Below, in pieces: positions 1-10,106 of a DNA stretch of 64,000 bases (position 1 is the stretch's first letter; each line of letters starts with the position of its first letter). Location of the stretch: positions 1 to 64,000 of IMG/VR virus record IMGVR_UViG_3300026538_000054. One strand, given 5' to 3'. Both the position numbers and the translations under genes were made by a program. Origin of the DNA: a virus. The notes below the pieces were generated by a model. The model saw only the letters and a list, made by a program, of their open reading frames with translations. It had not been told where the DNA came from and did not search any database.

Positions 1-717
1 ATGGCCGTCCAGTCTTTAGACCACGACCCCCTGCTTGCTCTTTTCCGGCGCGACTGTGAGCGCACCCGCGCCGTCTATCTCCACGAAAGAGCCGGCTTTC
101 TCCACCGCACGCAAGGCGGTCCTCTCGAAGTCCACCTGGACAGGCCCTGCCCCTGGGATGGCGGCCGCGGCCCGTCAGGGAAGAAGATCAACTCGTCATG
201 GCCCGGCCTCGTGGACTTCGCCTGGAAGAACGGTGTTGATCCGACGGACCTGGTCGCTGCGGCCTTTCTTGGCTGCTCGAACCAAAGGCCGCCTTTGCCC
301 GACATGCTCAAGACGCAGGCCGCCCTGAGCGCGGCCAGGAAGTATCGCGAGGCCCTTCTCGTCAAGTTGACGGGCAGGGCCAGGGCGGACCTTGATCGGC
401 TGGGCGCCAGGCTCTACGCCCAGAGGCGCGCTTACCCGCTTCAGGACGGCGAGCGACAACTTCGCGAGGTGTTGTCACTCGCCTCGTTCTCGCCCTTGAT
501 TGCTTTCTGCGCCGCGCTCGAGGCCGGCGCTACGAACCTGGTTCGGGAGCTCTTTGACGCCGCCTTTCTTGAGTATCTTCCTTCGAGGGCCGAGTGGGCC
601 CGAGTGCTGGGCGACCGATTACCCGACGACTTCCCCGAGCTGGCCGACCTTCTTTCAGGTCGGCTCAGAGAGGGATGGTTCGCGCCTCGCGACAAGGAAC
701 GCACTGATGCTCTCTGA
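1..717 (+). CDS. hypothetical protein upstream of helicase (true start may lie outside window)
   Basis: 238-aa ORF, stop overlaps start of helicase gene. Confidence 0.6.
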   Translation: MAVQSLDHDPLLALFRRDCERTRAVYLHERAGFLHRTQGGPLEVHLDRPCPWDGGRGPSGKKINSSWPGLVDFAWKNGVDPTDLVAAAFLGCSNQRPPLPDMLKTQAALSAARKYREALLVKLTGRARADLDRLGARLYAQRRAYPLQDGERQLREVLSLASFSPLIAFCAALEAGATNLVRELFDAAFLEYLPSRAEWARVLGDRLPDDFPELADLLSGRLREGWFAPRDKERTDAL

Positions 718-2383
718 GAAGAAAGGCCGGGGCGGTCAGGTGGAAAGCGCCAAGCTGCGCTACCGACTGCAGAGCGAGCAGAAGGACCAGATGCTTCGCC
801 ACGCCCTCAGGCTGCCCGAGCTCTTCCCGATCGCCAGGGACAGGCTCAAGGATGGACTATTCGACCCGCGCTTCGAGCGGCACTACTTACTGACCCTGGA
901 GTCGGTCTTCGCTTGCGTGGACCGCTACGCAGGCGGCGCTCTGCCCAAGTCGGTGGAGGCCCTCCACGCCATGACGCGGGCGGAGATGGCGGCCAGGCTC
1001 GCCGCCGGCCCGCCAGACCCGGGCATGGCGCAGTTACTGCTGGGCGATGGCGGGCTGCTGGACTTCCTCTTTGACGAGACGTCCGTTCTCGACCACGCCT
1101 GGGGCCGGTCCCTGCTCGTGGACTTCCTGCGCGAGCGATCCGTCTACGACCCCCTCTGCGAGCTGATCGCCACGGTCGGCAGGGCCTCGGTGCCTGAAGG
1201 GCTCGGCCCGTTGCTCGAGCAGGCCCGAAACAGCGACCTGCAACTGGAGGCGCTCAAGGCGACATCAGCCCGTTCGGCGGCGGCGTTCGGCCACAAACTG
1301 CGACCGCTCGACAAGACCTCCACCGGTATTGACTTCCTCGACGACTTCATGGCTGGCGGCGACGCCGCGTCGGAGGTCTACGGCGTACTGGGCGGGTACG
1401 GCAGTGGCAAGACCGCGTTGGCCATTCAGTCGTGTTATGCCAAGTCGCTGCAGTTCCAGTACGAGGCCGACTGCAAGGGCAAGGACTTACAGCACTGTCA
1501 TCTGTTCACGTACGAGGCCGACTACGCCGAGTGCGTCCGACGGTTCTGGGCGCACGCCGCCAGGATCAGGATGGACTCGCCCGGCATGCCCGAGCTCGAG
1601 CCCGAGTTGCTCTCACACACGGGCCAGCTCAGGGAGTACGAGCGTTGTCTCTTCGCCAAGGAGATCGCCAGGGAAGGCATTGATAACTTCCCTGGCGAGT
1701 TCGAGCGACTGCAGGCCGCCCGAGAGTTGATGGCCAGGAACGTGTGGGTGCATGACTACTCGGGCGCAGACGAGAACCGGCAGAGGGGAACGGGCTACGT
1801 CGACGAGATCGTGGCCGAGCTCATGGCCGCTACCAGGGACGGTCGGCCGCCTGGCGCCATCTTCGTCGACTACGCCGGGCTGGCGGCCAAGCGCTACCTG
1901 CTCGCCCGCGGCCGGAGCATGGACGAGCTGCGCCATTACGTCGGCGGCATGCCGGACGAACTCATGCAAAAAGTGACCCGGCCCTTCAACTGCCGGGCCT
2001 GGCTCTACCACCAGCTCTCGGCGGCGGCGAACGCCAAGGGATTCACCAGCACCTTTCGTTACACCGACTCCGCCGAGGCCAAGAACTTCGGCGAGAACGT
2101 CGCGTTCTGCTTCCAGTTGGGCGTCCGGGACAAGGCGACCAACTGCCTGCAGTTTTTCTGCGACAAGACACGAAGAGCCAAAGGCGCGGAGGCCCCGGTC
2201 CTCCTCTATCTCCGAGGCGAGATCAACACCCTGGAGCGGGCGACCGACATGACCATCAACCCCTCCCTGGGAAGGCCCGTCTCCAAGTCCGACGCCTCTT
2301 ACCTGGACATCGCCATACCGCCGCAAGGCGGGCAAAAGAACAAGGCCGCGCCTGATGTTCAGGGCGTGGCCGACCTGGATTGA
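707..2383 (+). CDS. DnaB-like (SF4) replicative helicase
   Basis: Walker A GGYGSGKT, catalytic TYE, Walker B IFVDY, HQL motif; precedes primase; likely start ATG 707 rather than 500. Confidence 0.75.
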   Translation: MLSEKKGRGGQVESAKLRYRLQSEQKDQMLRHALRLPELFPIARDRLKDGLFDPRFERHYLLTLESVFACVDRYAGGALPKSVEALHAMTRAEMAARLAAGPPDPGMAQLLLGDGGLLDFLFDETSVLDHAWGRSLLVDFLRERSVYDPLCELIATVGRASVPEGLGPLLEQARNSDLQLEALKATSARSAAAFGHKLRPLDKTSTGIDFLDDFMAGGDAASEVYGVLGGYGSGKTALAIQSCYAKSLQFQYEADCKGKDLQHCHLFTYEADYAECVRRFWAHAARIRMDSPGMPELEPELLSHTGQLREYERCLFAKEIAREGIDNFPGEFERLQAARELMARNVWVHDYSGADENRQRGTGYVDEIVAELMAATRDGRPPGAIFVDYAGLAAKRYLLARGRSMDELRHYVGGMPDELMQKVTRPFNCRAWLYHQLSAAANAKGFTSTFRYTDSAEAKNFGENVAFCFQLGVRDKATNCLQFFCDKTRRAKGAEAPVLLYLRGEINTLERATDMTINPSLGRPVSKSDASYLDIAIPPQGGQKNKAAPDVQGVADLD

Positions 2384-3444
2384 CCACCGTGGACGTCCTT
2401 AGGCCTGCGCTTTACTTCGCGCTCCAGTCCCTGTTTCGTCACGTCAAGGTCCTGCGACACGGCGAGCCCTTCGCCGCAGTCAAGACGGCCGACACCTTCT
2501 ACGCGCAGCACGGCTTCACGCTCGATATCTCCGCATGGGGGGAGACGTACGTCGTCTGTTGCCCCTTCTGCAACGACACCAGGAACAGGCTGTACGTTTG
2601 CCACGCCTGGGGCCTTCCCGAGTCCTTCGGCCGGCAGTCCTGGCGGTTCGTCAAGTGCTTCAACGACGACTGCCTGAAAGAGCCTGGTAATAGGCGCTCG
2701 CTCGCCCACATGGTCTTCGAGCAGGCCATGTTCTCCTATGGCAAGAGCGACGTGGTTCTTCAGGCGTCGCCAGGAGCCCCGAAGAGGACATCCGGGCCTG
2801 TCTCCTACCCTGGCGTCTGCTACCCCTTGTCTCAGCTCACAGGGCCTCACCCGGCCAGGCAGTACGTGATCTCACGCGGCCATGACCCTGACGAGCTGTG
2901 GCGACTTTATGGCGTGGCCTGGTGCATGGACGCCTGCTCGCAGGCCCTTGCTCTCGCCTCAGGGAGGTTGATCATCCCGCTGCGCGCCGCCTCGGGCGAC
3001 ATGGTCTCCTGGCAGGCCCGCTACATGGGCGAGACGGACTGGAAGCTCACGCCCAAGTACTACAACTGCCCGGACGCGCCACGATCCGGTTTGCTCTACG
3101 CCCTGGACCGAGCGTCAAGCGCGCCTGTGCTGGTAGTGGTTGAAGGCGTCACGGATGTGTGGCGCTATGGCGATGGCGCCGTCGCCATTTGCGGCAAGGA
3201 GGTCTCCTGCGAACAGGCGACCCTTCTCATCAAACACGCCAGGGATCGTCCGATTGCGATCCTTCTCGACCCTGAGGCCTGGGAGGAGTCGGGAAAGGCC
3301 TTCTCAAGATTGGCCCTGGCCGGCGCGAAGTTTCTTTTCCGGATCAAACTTCGCGCCGGGCCTGATCCCGGCTCTCTTCCACGCCCGCTTCTTCGCGCTA
3401 TTGTCAAGCAGGCCCTTCTCGCGAACTACCCGGAGTTTGCCTGA
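2380..3444 (+). CDS. DNA primase (Zn-binding + TOPRIM)
   Basis: CPFC..C zinc motif, IIPL..WQARY..PKYYN, VVEGVTD and LLDPE TOPRIM motifs. Confidence 0.85.
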   Translation: MTTVDVLRPALYFALQSLFRHVKVLRHGEPFAAVKTADTFYAQHGFTLDISAWGETYVVCCPFCNDTRNRLYVCHAWGLPESFGRQSWRFVKCFNDDCLKEPGNRRSLAHMVFEQAMFSYGKSDVVLQASPGAPKRTSGPVSYPGVCYPLSQLTGPHPARQYVISRGHDPDELWRLYGVAWCMDACSQALALASGRLIIPLRAASGDMVSWQARYMGETDWKLTPKYYNCPDAPRSGLLYALDRASSAPVLVVVEGVTDVWRYGDGAVAICGKEVSCEQATLLIKHARDRPIAILLDPEAWEESGKAFSRLALAGAKFLFRIKLRAGPDPGSLPRPLLRAIVKQALLANYPEFA

Positions 3445-3475
3445 GTAGGAGATCCACGAGAACAAGGATTGAAAC

Positions 3476-6400
3476 ATGGACCACCAAAGGCTGATTCCTC
3501 CTATGGAGGAGAATGAGTTGCCGCCGGGCCCCTCCTTTCTCGAGCAGGCCGAGCTCATGGGCGGCGGCAACTCCCTTGTAGAACTGCGACGAGACGTTCT
3601 CTACCGAAACGGGACGTGTCTGAACGTTCGGGTCAAGAAGGCGATCGTCACCGTCTCCTGCATCATCGGGCATCTCTGGGGCGAGGAGCTGCCCAGAGGC
3701 CCCGTCCCGGCTGACGTGATGGTCGTTGGCAAGTGGCCCGGCGATCAGGAGGCCTCGGCCCGAAGAAACCTGACCGGCCCGTCGGGCATCATGCTCTCCG
3801 AGTGTCTGAAAGAAGCCGGCGTCACGGGTGACGTGCAGGGAGGCCTCTACGTCACCAACCTGGTCAAACACCCCAGGGCCGACCCGTCTACGGACCAGGT
3901 CTCCTCCACGCAGTTCAAGGACTGGGCCCCGGTCCTTTCCGACGAGATCGCGCTGGTCAGGCCCAAGCTCATTCTCGCCCTGGGCGCCGAGGCCGCCAAG
4001 GCCGTGCTTGGCGCGAAGACGGCCGTCAAGGACGCGCAGTGCTGCTACTTCGAGCGGCAAGTCAGGGCCTTTGGCGAACATCCCGCCTACGCGGCCAGGG
4101 TCGTGGTGGTGACCCACCCTGCGGCCGTGGTGCGCTCCCCGGAGCAGCGCGCCTTCTTCATGGACGGGCTGCGTTACTTCGCAGGCGCCCTTCAGGGCAA
4201 GGTGCAGGCCAAGGAAGCGCCTGTGGACCATCGCGTGGTCTTTGAAGAGGACGAGCTTGCGCAAGTCGTGGACATGGTGATTCAGCGAGGAGGTCCGTCA
4301 CCCCTCATCGTCGTTGACGCCGAGTGGCACGGCGAGCACCAGTCGGAGAACGGCGCTTACCTACGTACCATCCAGTTCTCCGATCAACCGCGCTTCGGCT
4401 GCTGCGTGGTCTTGAGAGGGCAAGGAGGCGGCCCTGGTTTCTGCCCGTCGATCTCCCGCGCCGTCCCTCACCTGCGCAGGCTGTTGACCTCCTCTCCCGG
4501 AAGAGAAGTGCGCATCGCCGGCCACCATCTGCGTGCCGACATCCCGCGCATTTATCACGAGCTGGACAAGGAGCTGGGGCTGGCCCTGATGCGCCAGTAC
4601 GAGGCCGCCAAGAGCCCGGAGGAGATGCGCACCAGGGGCGGCCACGACACCATGCTCATGGCCCACGCGATCAGGGAGACCGGCTTCGCCGAGGGCTTCA
4701 AGCTGGAGTACGTGGCGCAGTCGCTTTTGGGGATGAAGCGCTGGAACGTCGAGCTGGAGCAGTGGAAGCACGACTACTGCCTCAAGCGAAAGATCCCGCA
4801 GAAACATCTGGAGGGTTATGGCGAGTGTCCTGACGAGGTTTTGCACCTTTACTCGATATACGACGTGGATGGCCCACAGAGGCTGCTCGAGCTCTTCACC
4901 AGGCCCGGCGGGCTTCTCGATGCGGACGAGCACGGCAACTCCTCCTGGTTGCCCTACTGGATCAGCATGCGGGCGCAGCAAGCATGGCTCGAGATCGAGA
5001 TGACTGGCCTCTACACCGACAAGAAGGAGAGAGGCCGAGAGCTCACGGAGACCTATCACCAGGCCGCCGTCGCGCTTCTTCAGGAGCTGAAGGTTGACGC
5101 GAACTGGACTGCGTTCAACCCTGGCAGCCACTTCGACTGTCGGGAGCTGCTTTTCGGCGAGCAGTACGCGGGCCGGAAGGACGACCGGACCAGGCCTCAG
5201 GGCGCGGTGTCGCTCTATCTCACTCCCGTCAGGACCACGGGCAAGCCGCCCAAGAACTGGGAAAAGGTGGTAGCTCGCAATGAGCAAGGGCTTTATACGC
5301 CATCGACTGACAAGGAGGTCCTGGGCATCCTTGCGCCCGGTAACCCCCTGGTGAAGAAGCTGCGCAACTGGCGCTTCCTGAGGCAGGTCACTACCAACTC
5401 TCTCAGGGCCCCTGAGACCGACGATGATGGACTGGTGGTGGAGGGCGATGACGGCGAGCCCTTGCAGCTGGGTGGTCTCCTGGGCTCGGTCCGCAGGGAT
5501 GGCCGGATCTACTCGCACTTCTTCCAGACGCAGGAGACAGGCAGGGCGCGATCCGTTAGGCCCAACCTGATGAACTGTACGAAGAGGAGGGAGAAGGACT
5601 ACAAGAAGATCCTTGGTGCGCACTACAAGTACGCCGTCCGTAGCATGTTCACGGCCACGCCCGTGGCGGAGGGCGAGGACCCCTGGCTGCTTGTGGACTT
5701 CGATCTCAAGGGTGCCGAGCTGATGATGACGGCCATCCAGGCGGCCGATCCCGTCATGCTTGACCATTGCCGTCGCAACAACCTGGATGAGGACGACCCG
5801 AACTATTACGACATCCACTCTGCGACGGCCGTGCGAGCCTTTAAGCTGCCATGCCCGCCTACCAAGAAGGGCCTGGAAGGTATCGGCAGGGAGAACTTGC
5901 GCATAGCCGCCAAGTGCGTTGTCTCAGGCTCCAGGCTCCAGACCACGGCTGGCTGGTTTCTGGTCGACTCGCTAGCGGGCGATCTTCCGCCTGACCAGGG
6001 CCGTCTCCATACCGGTGGCCTGGGAGTAGTCAATCACGTCTCGACGACGCCGGTCGTTGGCGTCTACAACGGCGGCGTCAAGCCGTGTCTGCGGGTCGAG
6101 ACCGAGGACGGCTACTCGCTGGAGAGTACGTACACGCATCGCTACTGGGTCATGGGCCCTGACGGCGACATGGTCTTCAAGCAGGCTGGCGATCTTCGGC
6201 TCGGCGACTGGGTGGTTGTGCGTGACGCGGTCGGCCCCTTCGGCGACGATATTGCGTTCCCGAAGGTCCCCTGCTCGCCCAGGACGAGCTTCAAGCCCGT
6301 CGATTTCCCCGAGGAGTTCACCGAGGACTGGGCCGCCTTCCTGGGCCTTTATATCTCTGAGGGCTGGTCCGATCCGGTGAGCGGCGCGGTGGCGATGCAC

Positions 6401-7882
6401 CTTGCGCGAGAGAAAGACCCCGAGCTGGCGGACTTGACGATCGATTTGTACAGACGCCTGTTCGGGGGCCGACCACGTTTTGAAAGCGCCTTCCCCACTG
6501 GCTACCAGGAGCAGACGCGCTACCTGATTAGTTCTGTGGCTCTCGCTCGGTGGATCTACGCGTTCTGCCCAGGGAAAGCTGAGCAGAAGCGCGTGCCGGA
6601 CTTTGTCTTCCGCTGGCCGGAACGGTTGCTAGCGGTTTTTCTGCGCTGGTTGTTCGAGGGCGACGGCTCGATCACCAGGAACAAGACGTCCTTCAAACCG
6701 CGTTACTCGACGTCCAGCCTGGGCCTGGCTCGCGACGTCCGTACGCTGCTTCTCTCCTTCGGCATCACTTGTCACTTGGTCAAAGAGCGACGAGAGGGAT
6801 ACGACAACGACTATTACGCCATAGAGGTCAAGTCGCATCGGTCGAGGATGCGTTTCGCCGAGAAGATCGGCTGCGTTACGAAGTTGAAGACCGACCGGCT
6901 CAAGGTGACCTCGCGATACCAACGAGACTGCTACCCGATACCAGGGCAGCTCAACCGTCTTTTGGCAGTCATGCCCGGCTTGCGCGGCGTGGCCAGGGAG
7001 AAGTGTCGGGAGTGCATCCGGGAGAACGTGCGCGTCGCGTTCAACCGCGTTCGGCTCGTGATGATTATCAAGTCGGCAGACGAGGCGCTTCTGGACGAGA
7101 ACGGTCGCAAGTCCCTGGCAGCGCTTCGTGAGCTCCATCTGGCTCAGATGACGTTCCAGCAGGTAACGGCGTTGATAGACATAGGCGAGCGGCAGGTTTA
7201 CGACGTTCAGACCACTGACGAGCAGAGGCATATCGTCTCCTATGACGGTCTGTTAACTCATCAAACTTGTCTGTTCGGCCTACTGTACGGACGTGGAGAT
7301 GATGCCGTCGTTCGGGCCGTCAAGGAAGAGGAGGTGGACATCACCGCTGAGGAGGCGGCCACGGTTCGCGAGGGCATCTTTGAGGCCTACGCCGGCTTGT
7401 TGCCCTTCTTCGCGTCGGCACAGAGATGTGTGATCAGGCCTGGGCATATCACGAACTGCTTCGGACGACATCGTCGTTTCCCGATGACGAACGATCGGGA
7501 AGCGCTTGAAAAGATGAAGAGGGAGGCTGCCAACTTCAACATCCAGTCGGGCATCGCCGACCTGGTCAGCCGTTGGATGGACAAGCTCTACTCTTACCCC
7601 GGCCGCTTCTTCTCCGACGGTTCGCCGCGCTATCGCCTGGTGTTGCAGCTGCACGATGCGCTCATGGCCGAGTGCCGGGCCAGCCAACTGAGTTGGTTCT
7701 GCGAGGTCGTCATCCCTTCCACCCTGGCCTCCATCCCCGTCTACCGCTGTGACATGGACGGTAAGCGGCTCTCCGCCGAGCCGTTCCATCTCTCCACCGA
7801 CATCGACGTGCAGTACCGCTGGGGCGAGACGCTCACGCCCGAGTTGGCTGATAAGTTGCATGTTCCGCCCGACCTGATCTAG
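3476..7882 (+). CDS. polA: family A DNA polymerase with N-terminal uracil-DNA glycosylase-like domain and an intein
   Basis: UDG family-4-like motifs (VVGKWPG, YVTNLVK, THPAAV); exonuclease DAEW; TGR..S..PNLMN; motif A DFDLKGAEL; motif B RIAAK|TCLFGLLYG; motif C QLHDA. Confidence 0.9.
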   Translation: MDHQRLIPPMEENELPPGPSFLEQAELMGGGNSLVELRRDVLYRNGTCLNVRVKKAIVTVSCIIGHLWGEELPRGPVPADVMVVGKWPGDQEASARRNLTGPSGIMLSECLKEAGVTGDVQGGLYVTNLVKHPRADPSTDQVSSTQFKDWAPVLSDEIALVRPKLILALGAEAAKAVLGAKTAVKDAQCCYFERQVRAFGEHPAYAARVVVVTHPAAVVRSPEQRAFFMDGLRYFAGALQGKVQAKEAPVDHRVVFEEDELAQVVDMVIQRGGPSPLIVVDAEWHGEHQSENGAYLRTIQFSDQPRFGCCVVLRGQGGGPGFCPSISRAVPHLRRLLTSSPGREVRIAGHHLRADIPRIYHELDKELGLALMRQYEAAKSPEEMRTRGGHDTMLMAHAIRETGFAEGFKLEYVAQSLLGMKRWNVELEQWKHDYCLKRKIPQKHLEGYGECPDEVLHLYSIYDVDGPQRLLELFTRPGGLLDADEHGNSSWLPYWISMRAQQAWLEIEMTGLYTDKKERGRELTETYHQAAVALLQELKVDANWTAFNPGSHFDCRELLFGEQYAGRKDDRTRPQGAVSLYLTPVRTTGKPPKNWEKVVARNEQGLYTPSTDKEVLGILAPGNPLVKKLRNWRFLRQVTTNSLRAPETDDDGLVVEGDDGEPLQLGGLLGSVRRDGRIYSHFFQTQETGRARSVRPNLMNCTKRREKDYKKILGAHYKYAVRSMFTATPVAEGEDPWLLVDFDLKGAELMMTAIQAADPVMLDHCRRNNLDEDDPNYYDIHSATAVRAFKLPCPPTKKGLEGIGRENLRIAAKCVVSGSRLQTTAGWFLVDSLAGDLPPDQGRLHTGGLGVVNHVSTTPVVGVYNGGVKPCLRVETEDGYSLESTYTHRYWVMGPDGDMVFKQAGDLRLGDWVVVRDAVGPFGDDIAFPKVPCSPRTSFKPVDFPEEFTEDWAAFLGLYISEGWSDPVSGAVAMHLAREKDPELADLTIDLYRRLFGGRPRFESAFPTGYQEQTRYLISSVALARWIYAFCPGKAEQKRVPDFVFRWPERLLAVFLRWLFEGDGSITRNKTSFKPRYSTSSLGLARDVRTLLLSFGITCHLVKERREGYDNDYYAIEVKSHRSRMRFAEKIGCVTKLKTDRLKVTSRYQRDCYPIPGQLNRLLAVMPGLRGVAREKCRECIRENVRVAFNRVRLVMIIKSADEALLDENGRKSLAALRELHLAQMTFQQVTALIDIGERQVYDVQTTDEQRHIVSYDGLLTHQTCLFGLLYGRGDDAVVRAVKEEEVDITAEEAATVREGIFEAYAGLLPFFASAQRCVIRPGHITNCFGRHRRFPMTNDREALEKMKREAANFNIQSGIADLVSRWMDKLYSYPGRFFSDGSPRYRLVLQLHDALMAECRASQLSWFCEVVIPSTLASIPVYRCDMDGKRLSAEPFHLSTDIDVQYRWGETLTPELADKLHVPPDLI
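5915..7264 (+). mobile_element. intein with LAGLIDADG homing endonuclease (450 aa) in PolA motif B
   Basis: starts CVVSGS, block B TYTHRYW, LAGLIDADG-like FLGLYISEG and FLRWLFEGDG, ends VYDVQ..LLTHQ/T; removal restores motif B. Confidence 0.9.
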
Positions 7883-7891
7883 GAGACAATC

Positions 7892-8254
7892 GTGATCGAA
7901 ACGCCCGGCCAGCGCCGGGTCCTGTTACCCGACGACGAGCCTACGCCTGACCAGCTCCCGGTCAACAAGTCGCCCCCGACGGACGAGGATCTCCTGGCCT
8001 ACCAGGACGCGGCCACGCCCGAAAGCGCCGAGTACCTGTCCCTGGCGATCTTTCTCCGACGAACGCGGGCCCTCTTGCCTGACGGCCTGGACCTGCGCGC
8101 GGCGGAGAGAAAGCTCTCTCGCCTAAGTCGAAAATCAGGCCGGCCCGTCAAACGGGCCCCTGATGGAAAGGGCGGGCTGGTCGCCTGCTTCGCCCTCGAA
8201 GTGCTGGTATTCTTTTGCTCTGCGAACGAAAAATCGCGAAAAACTTCTTCTTGA
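7892..8254 (+). CDS. hypothetical protein
   Basis: AGGAG RBS, ORF in replication operon. Confidence 0.55.
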   Translation: MIETPGQRRVLLPDDEPTPDQLPVNKSPPTDEDLLAYQDAATPESAEYLSLAIFLRRTRALLPDGLDLRAAERKLSRLSRKSGRPVKRAPDGKGGLVACFALEVLVFFCSANEKSRKTSS

Positions 8255-8325
8255 CGCTTTAAGTCATTCTTCCCTCTCTTGCGTGGTATTCTGAACTTCT
8301 GTACAGTTACAACCAAGTTCACGAG

Positions 8326-10035
8326 ATGCTTCCCATGCAGCACCGCAACCCACCTCCCGAGCCTCGCTTTGACTGGGGCCGCGACGCCGACCGAGCCCAG
8401 GGCTCCTTTGGCAACCATCTGCTCAAGGCGGGCATCAACGCCGTCTTGAAGAAGCCGTCCTACACGGCCGGCGAGACGGTGGTCCGTCCCTTCCCGAGCC
8501 TCTCCTACCAGGACGTCAACCAGTTCGAGCCCTACCGCAAGAACGCCCAACTCGACAGTCGCTTCGGCAACTGGATCAGGAAGTACGACTGCGCCTGGAG
8601 CGTCGGCCAGGGCCCGCAGCGCAAGACCTTCCTGACTCACGATCCGGGCTCGGGCAAGCCCTACGACCCCGACGGTACGCCCCTCAACATCCTCTACAAC
8701 GCGATCTACCAGGCCAAGAAGCGCGAGGAGGACATTCGCCGCAACCCGAACTTCGTGATGCTCTTCGAGAGGGAGCGCGATGCGGGCCCGCCCCTCGAGA
8801 GGACCAAGACCGTCTACCTGATCCAGGGCATGGTGATCCTGTCGGACGGCAAGCCGACCTACTCCCACGACCGACCGCCCCTGGGAGGGGGCGGGCCGAC
8901 GTCGCCGTCGTGCATCTTCATGATCTCGGGCGGCAGCCCGATGGGCAGCTTCTCGGCGGGCAACCAGCTCTGCAGCCAGCTCAACGAGGAGAGGCTGGAC
9001 TACCAGGGGCCGGCCGACGACTTCGAGGCCCGTTACGTCCACGGCGACCCGGTGGCCCCGGAGCATGGCCGGTTCTTCCATTTCCGAAAGTCCGGCACGG
9101 CCGTTACGGCCCCCGGCGCCGGGCCAGGCGGCCCCGCCGGCTGGCGAGCGGCCCCGGCCGTACAGCAGGCCGTCCAGGGCGGGCGCCAGCAGGCCCTCCA
9201 GGGCGGCTACGACGTCTGGGTCTCCAACGGCCCTTTGTTCGACAACAGCACGCCCTACATGGGCTCGGCGGAAGACCTGGAGATGATCCGGCAGAAGTGG
9301 ATCTACTGGGAGGACGCGCTGCACTTCCCGGACTACGAGGAGCAGGCCTACTACCTCAACCAGGTCTTCCCGCCCAACGCCATCGTCTACGCCTTCCAGG
9401 GCGCCAAGAGGCACTGGATCAGTGACGAGACCTGGAGGGCGTTCAACGGATCGGTGACCGCTCAGGCCTTGACGCCCGACGCTGTGCGGCAGCCGCAGTT
9501 CGCGCCGCCGACGGCTCAGCAGGGCGCGCCGGCGGGCGGCGGGCAGGGTTGGCGAGGCGCTTCGGCGGCACCTCTCCAGCAGCCGCCGGTGGCGAGGGCT
9601 AGCCAGCCGCAGGTCGCCCCGCAAAAGCAGCAGGCGGCCCCCGGCCAGATGGACATGCAGGCCGAGCTCGACCGGCTGCGCGCCCTCGTCAGGCAGGGCC
9701 AAACTCAGGTCGCGGCGGCCGAGGCTTCGGTGTTACGCGGCCCGAGGGCCCAGGAGCTTGTGGACTTCCCGCCGCGCGACGACATGCCGGCCAGCCCGCT
9801 GGACACCGTCATGGGCGGCGACGAGCCGACGGTCTACCAGGCCGGCCAGCCGGTCCAGATCGGCGGTCACGTCGGTCACCCCGACGGGCGACAGCTCGCG
9901 GTGGACCCGGTGGTGCCCAGGGGAGGCATGCCGGACGAGCCGGCCCCGGTCGAAGGCGATAACAGCGCGCCCGTCTTCTCTCGGCTGGCCGACATGCTGC
10001 GCCAGCGACGCGGCGAACAGCAGCCGCCCAAGTAA
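8326..10035 (+). CDS. hypothetical protein, possibly ssDNA-binding/recombination mediator, with Q/P/A-rich tail
   Basis: strong GC3 codon bias; position between polA and recA; function is inferred from context only. Confidence 0.5.
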   Translation: MLPMQHRNPPPEPRFDWGRDADRAQGSFGNHLLKAGINAVLKKPSYTAGETVVRPFPSLSYQDVNQFEPYRKNAQLDSRFGNWIRKYDCAWSVGQGPQRKTFLTHDPGSGKPYDPDGTPLNILYNAIYQAKKREEDIRRNPNFVMLFERERDAGPPLERTKTVYLIQGMVILSDGKPTYSHDRPPLGGGGPTSPSCIFMISGGSPMGSFSAGNQLCSQLNEERLDYQGPADDFEARYVHGDPVAPEHGRFFHFRKSGTAVTAPGAGPGGPAGWRAAPAVQQAVQGGRQQALQGGYDVWVSNGPLFDNSTPYMGSAEDLEMIRQKWIYWEDALHFPDYEEQAYYLNQVFPPNAIVYAFQGAKRHWISDETWRAFNGSVTAQALTPDAVRQPQFAPPTAQQGAPAGGGQGWRGASAAPLQQPPVARASQPQVAPQKQQAAPGQMDMQAELDRLRALVRQGQTQVAAAEASVLRGPRAQELVDFPPRDDMPASPLDTVMGGDEPTVYQAGQPVQIGGHVGHPDGRQLAVDPVVPRGGMPDEPAPVEGDNSAPVFSRLADMLRQRRGEQQPPK

Positions 10036-10053
10036 GCCCTCCACGTTCCTGTC

Positions 10054-10082
10054 GGCGAGGCGGCCGGGCCGCCTCGCCTTTT
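10054..10082 (+). terminator. intrinsic terminator
   Basis: GGCGAGGCGGC-CGG-GCCGCCTCGCC followed by TTTT. Confidence 0.6.
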
Positions 10083-10106
10083 CACCCTTGAGCGGAGGGA
10101 GCTCTA

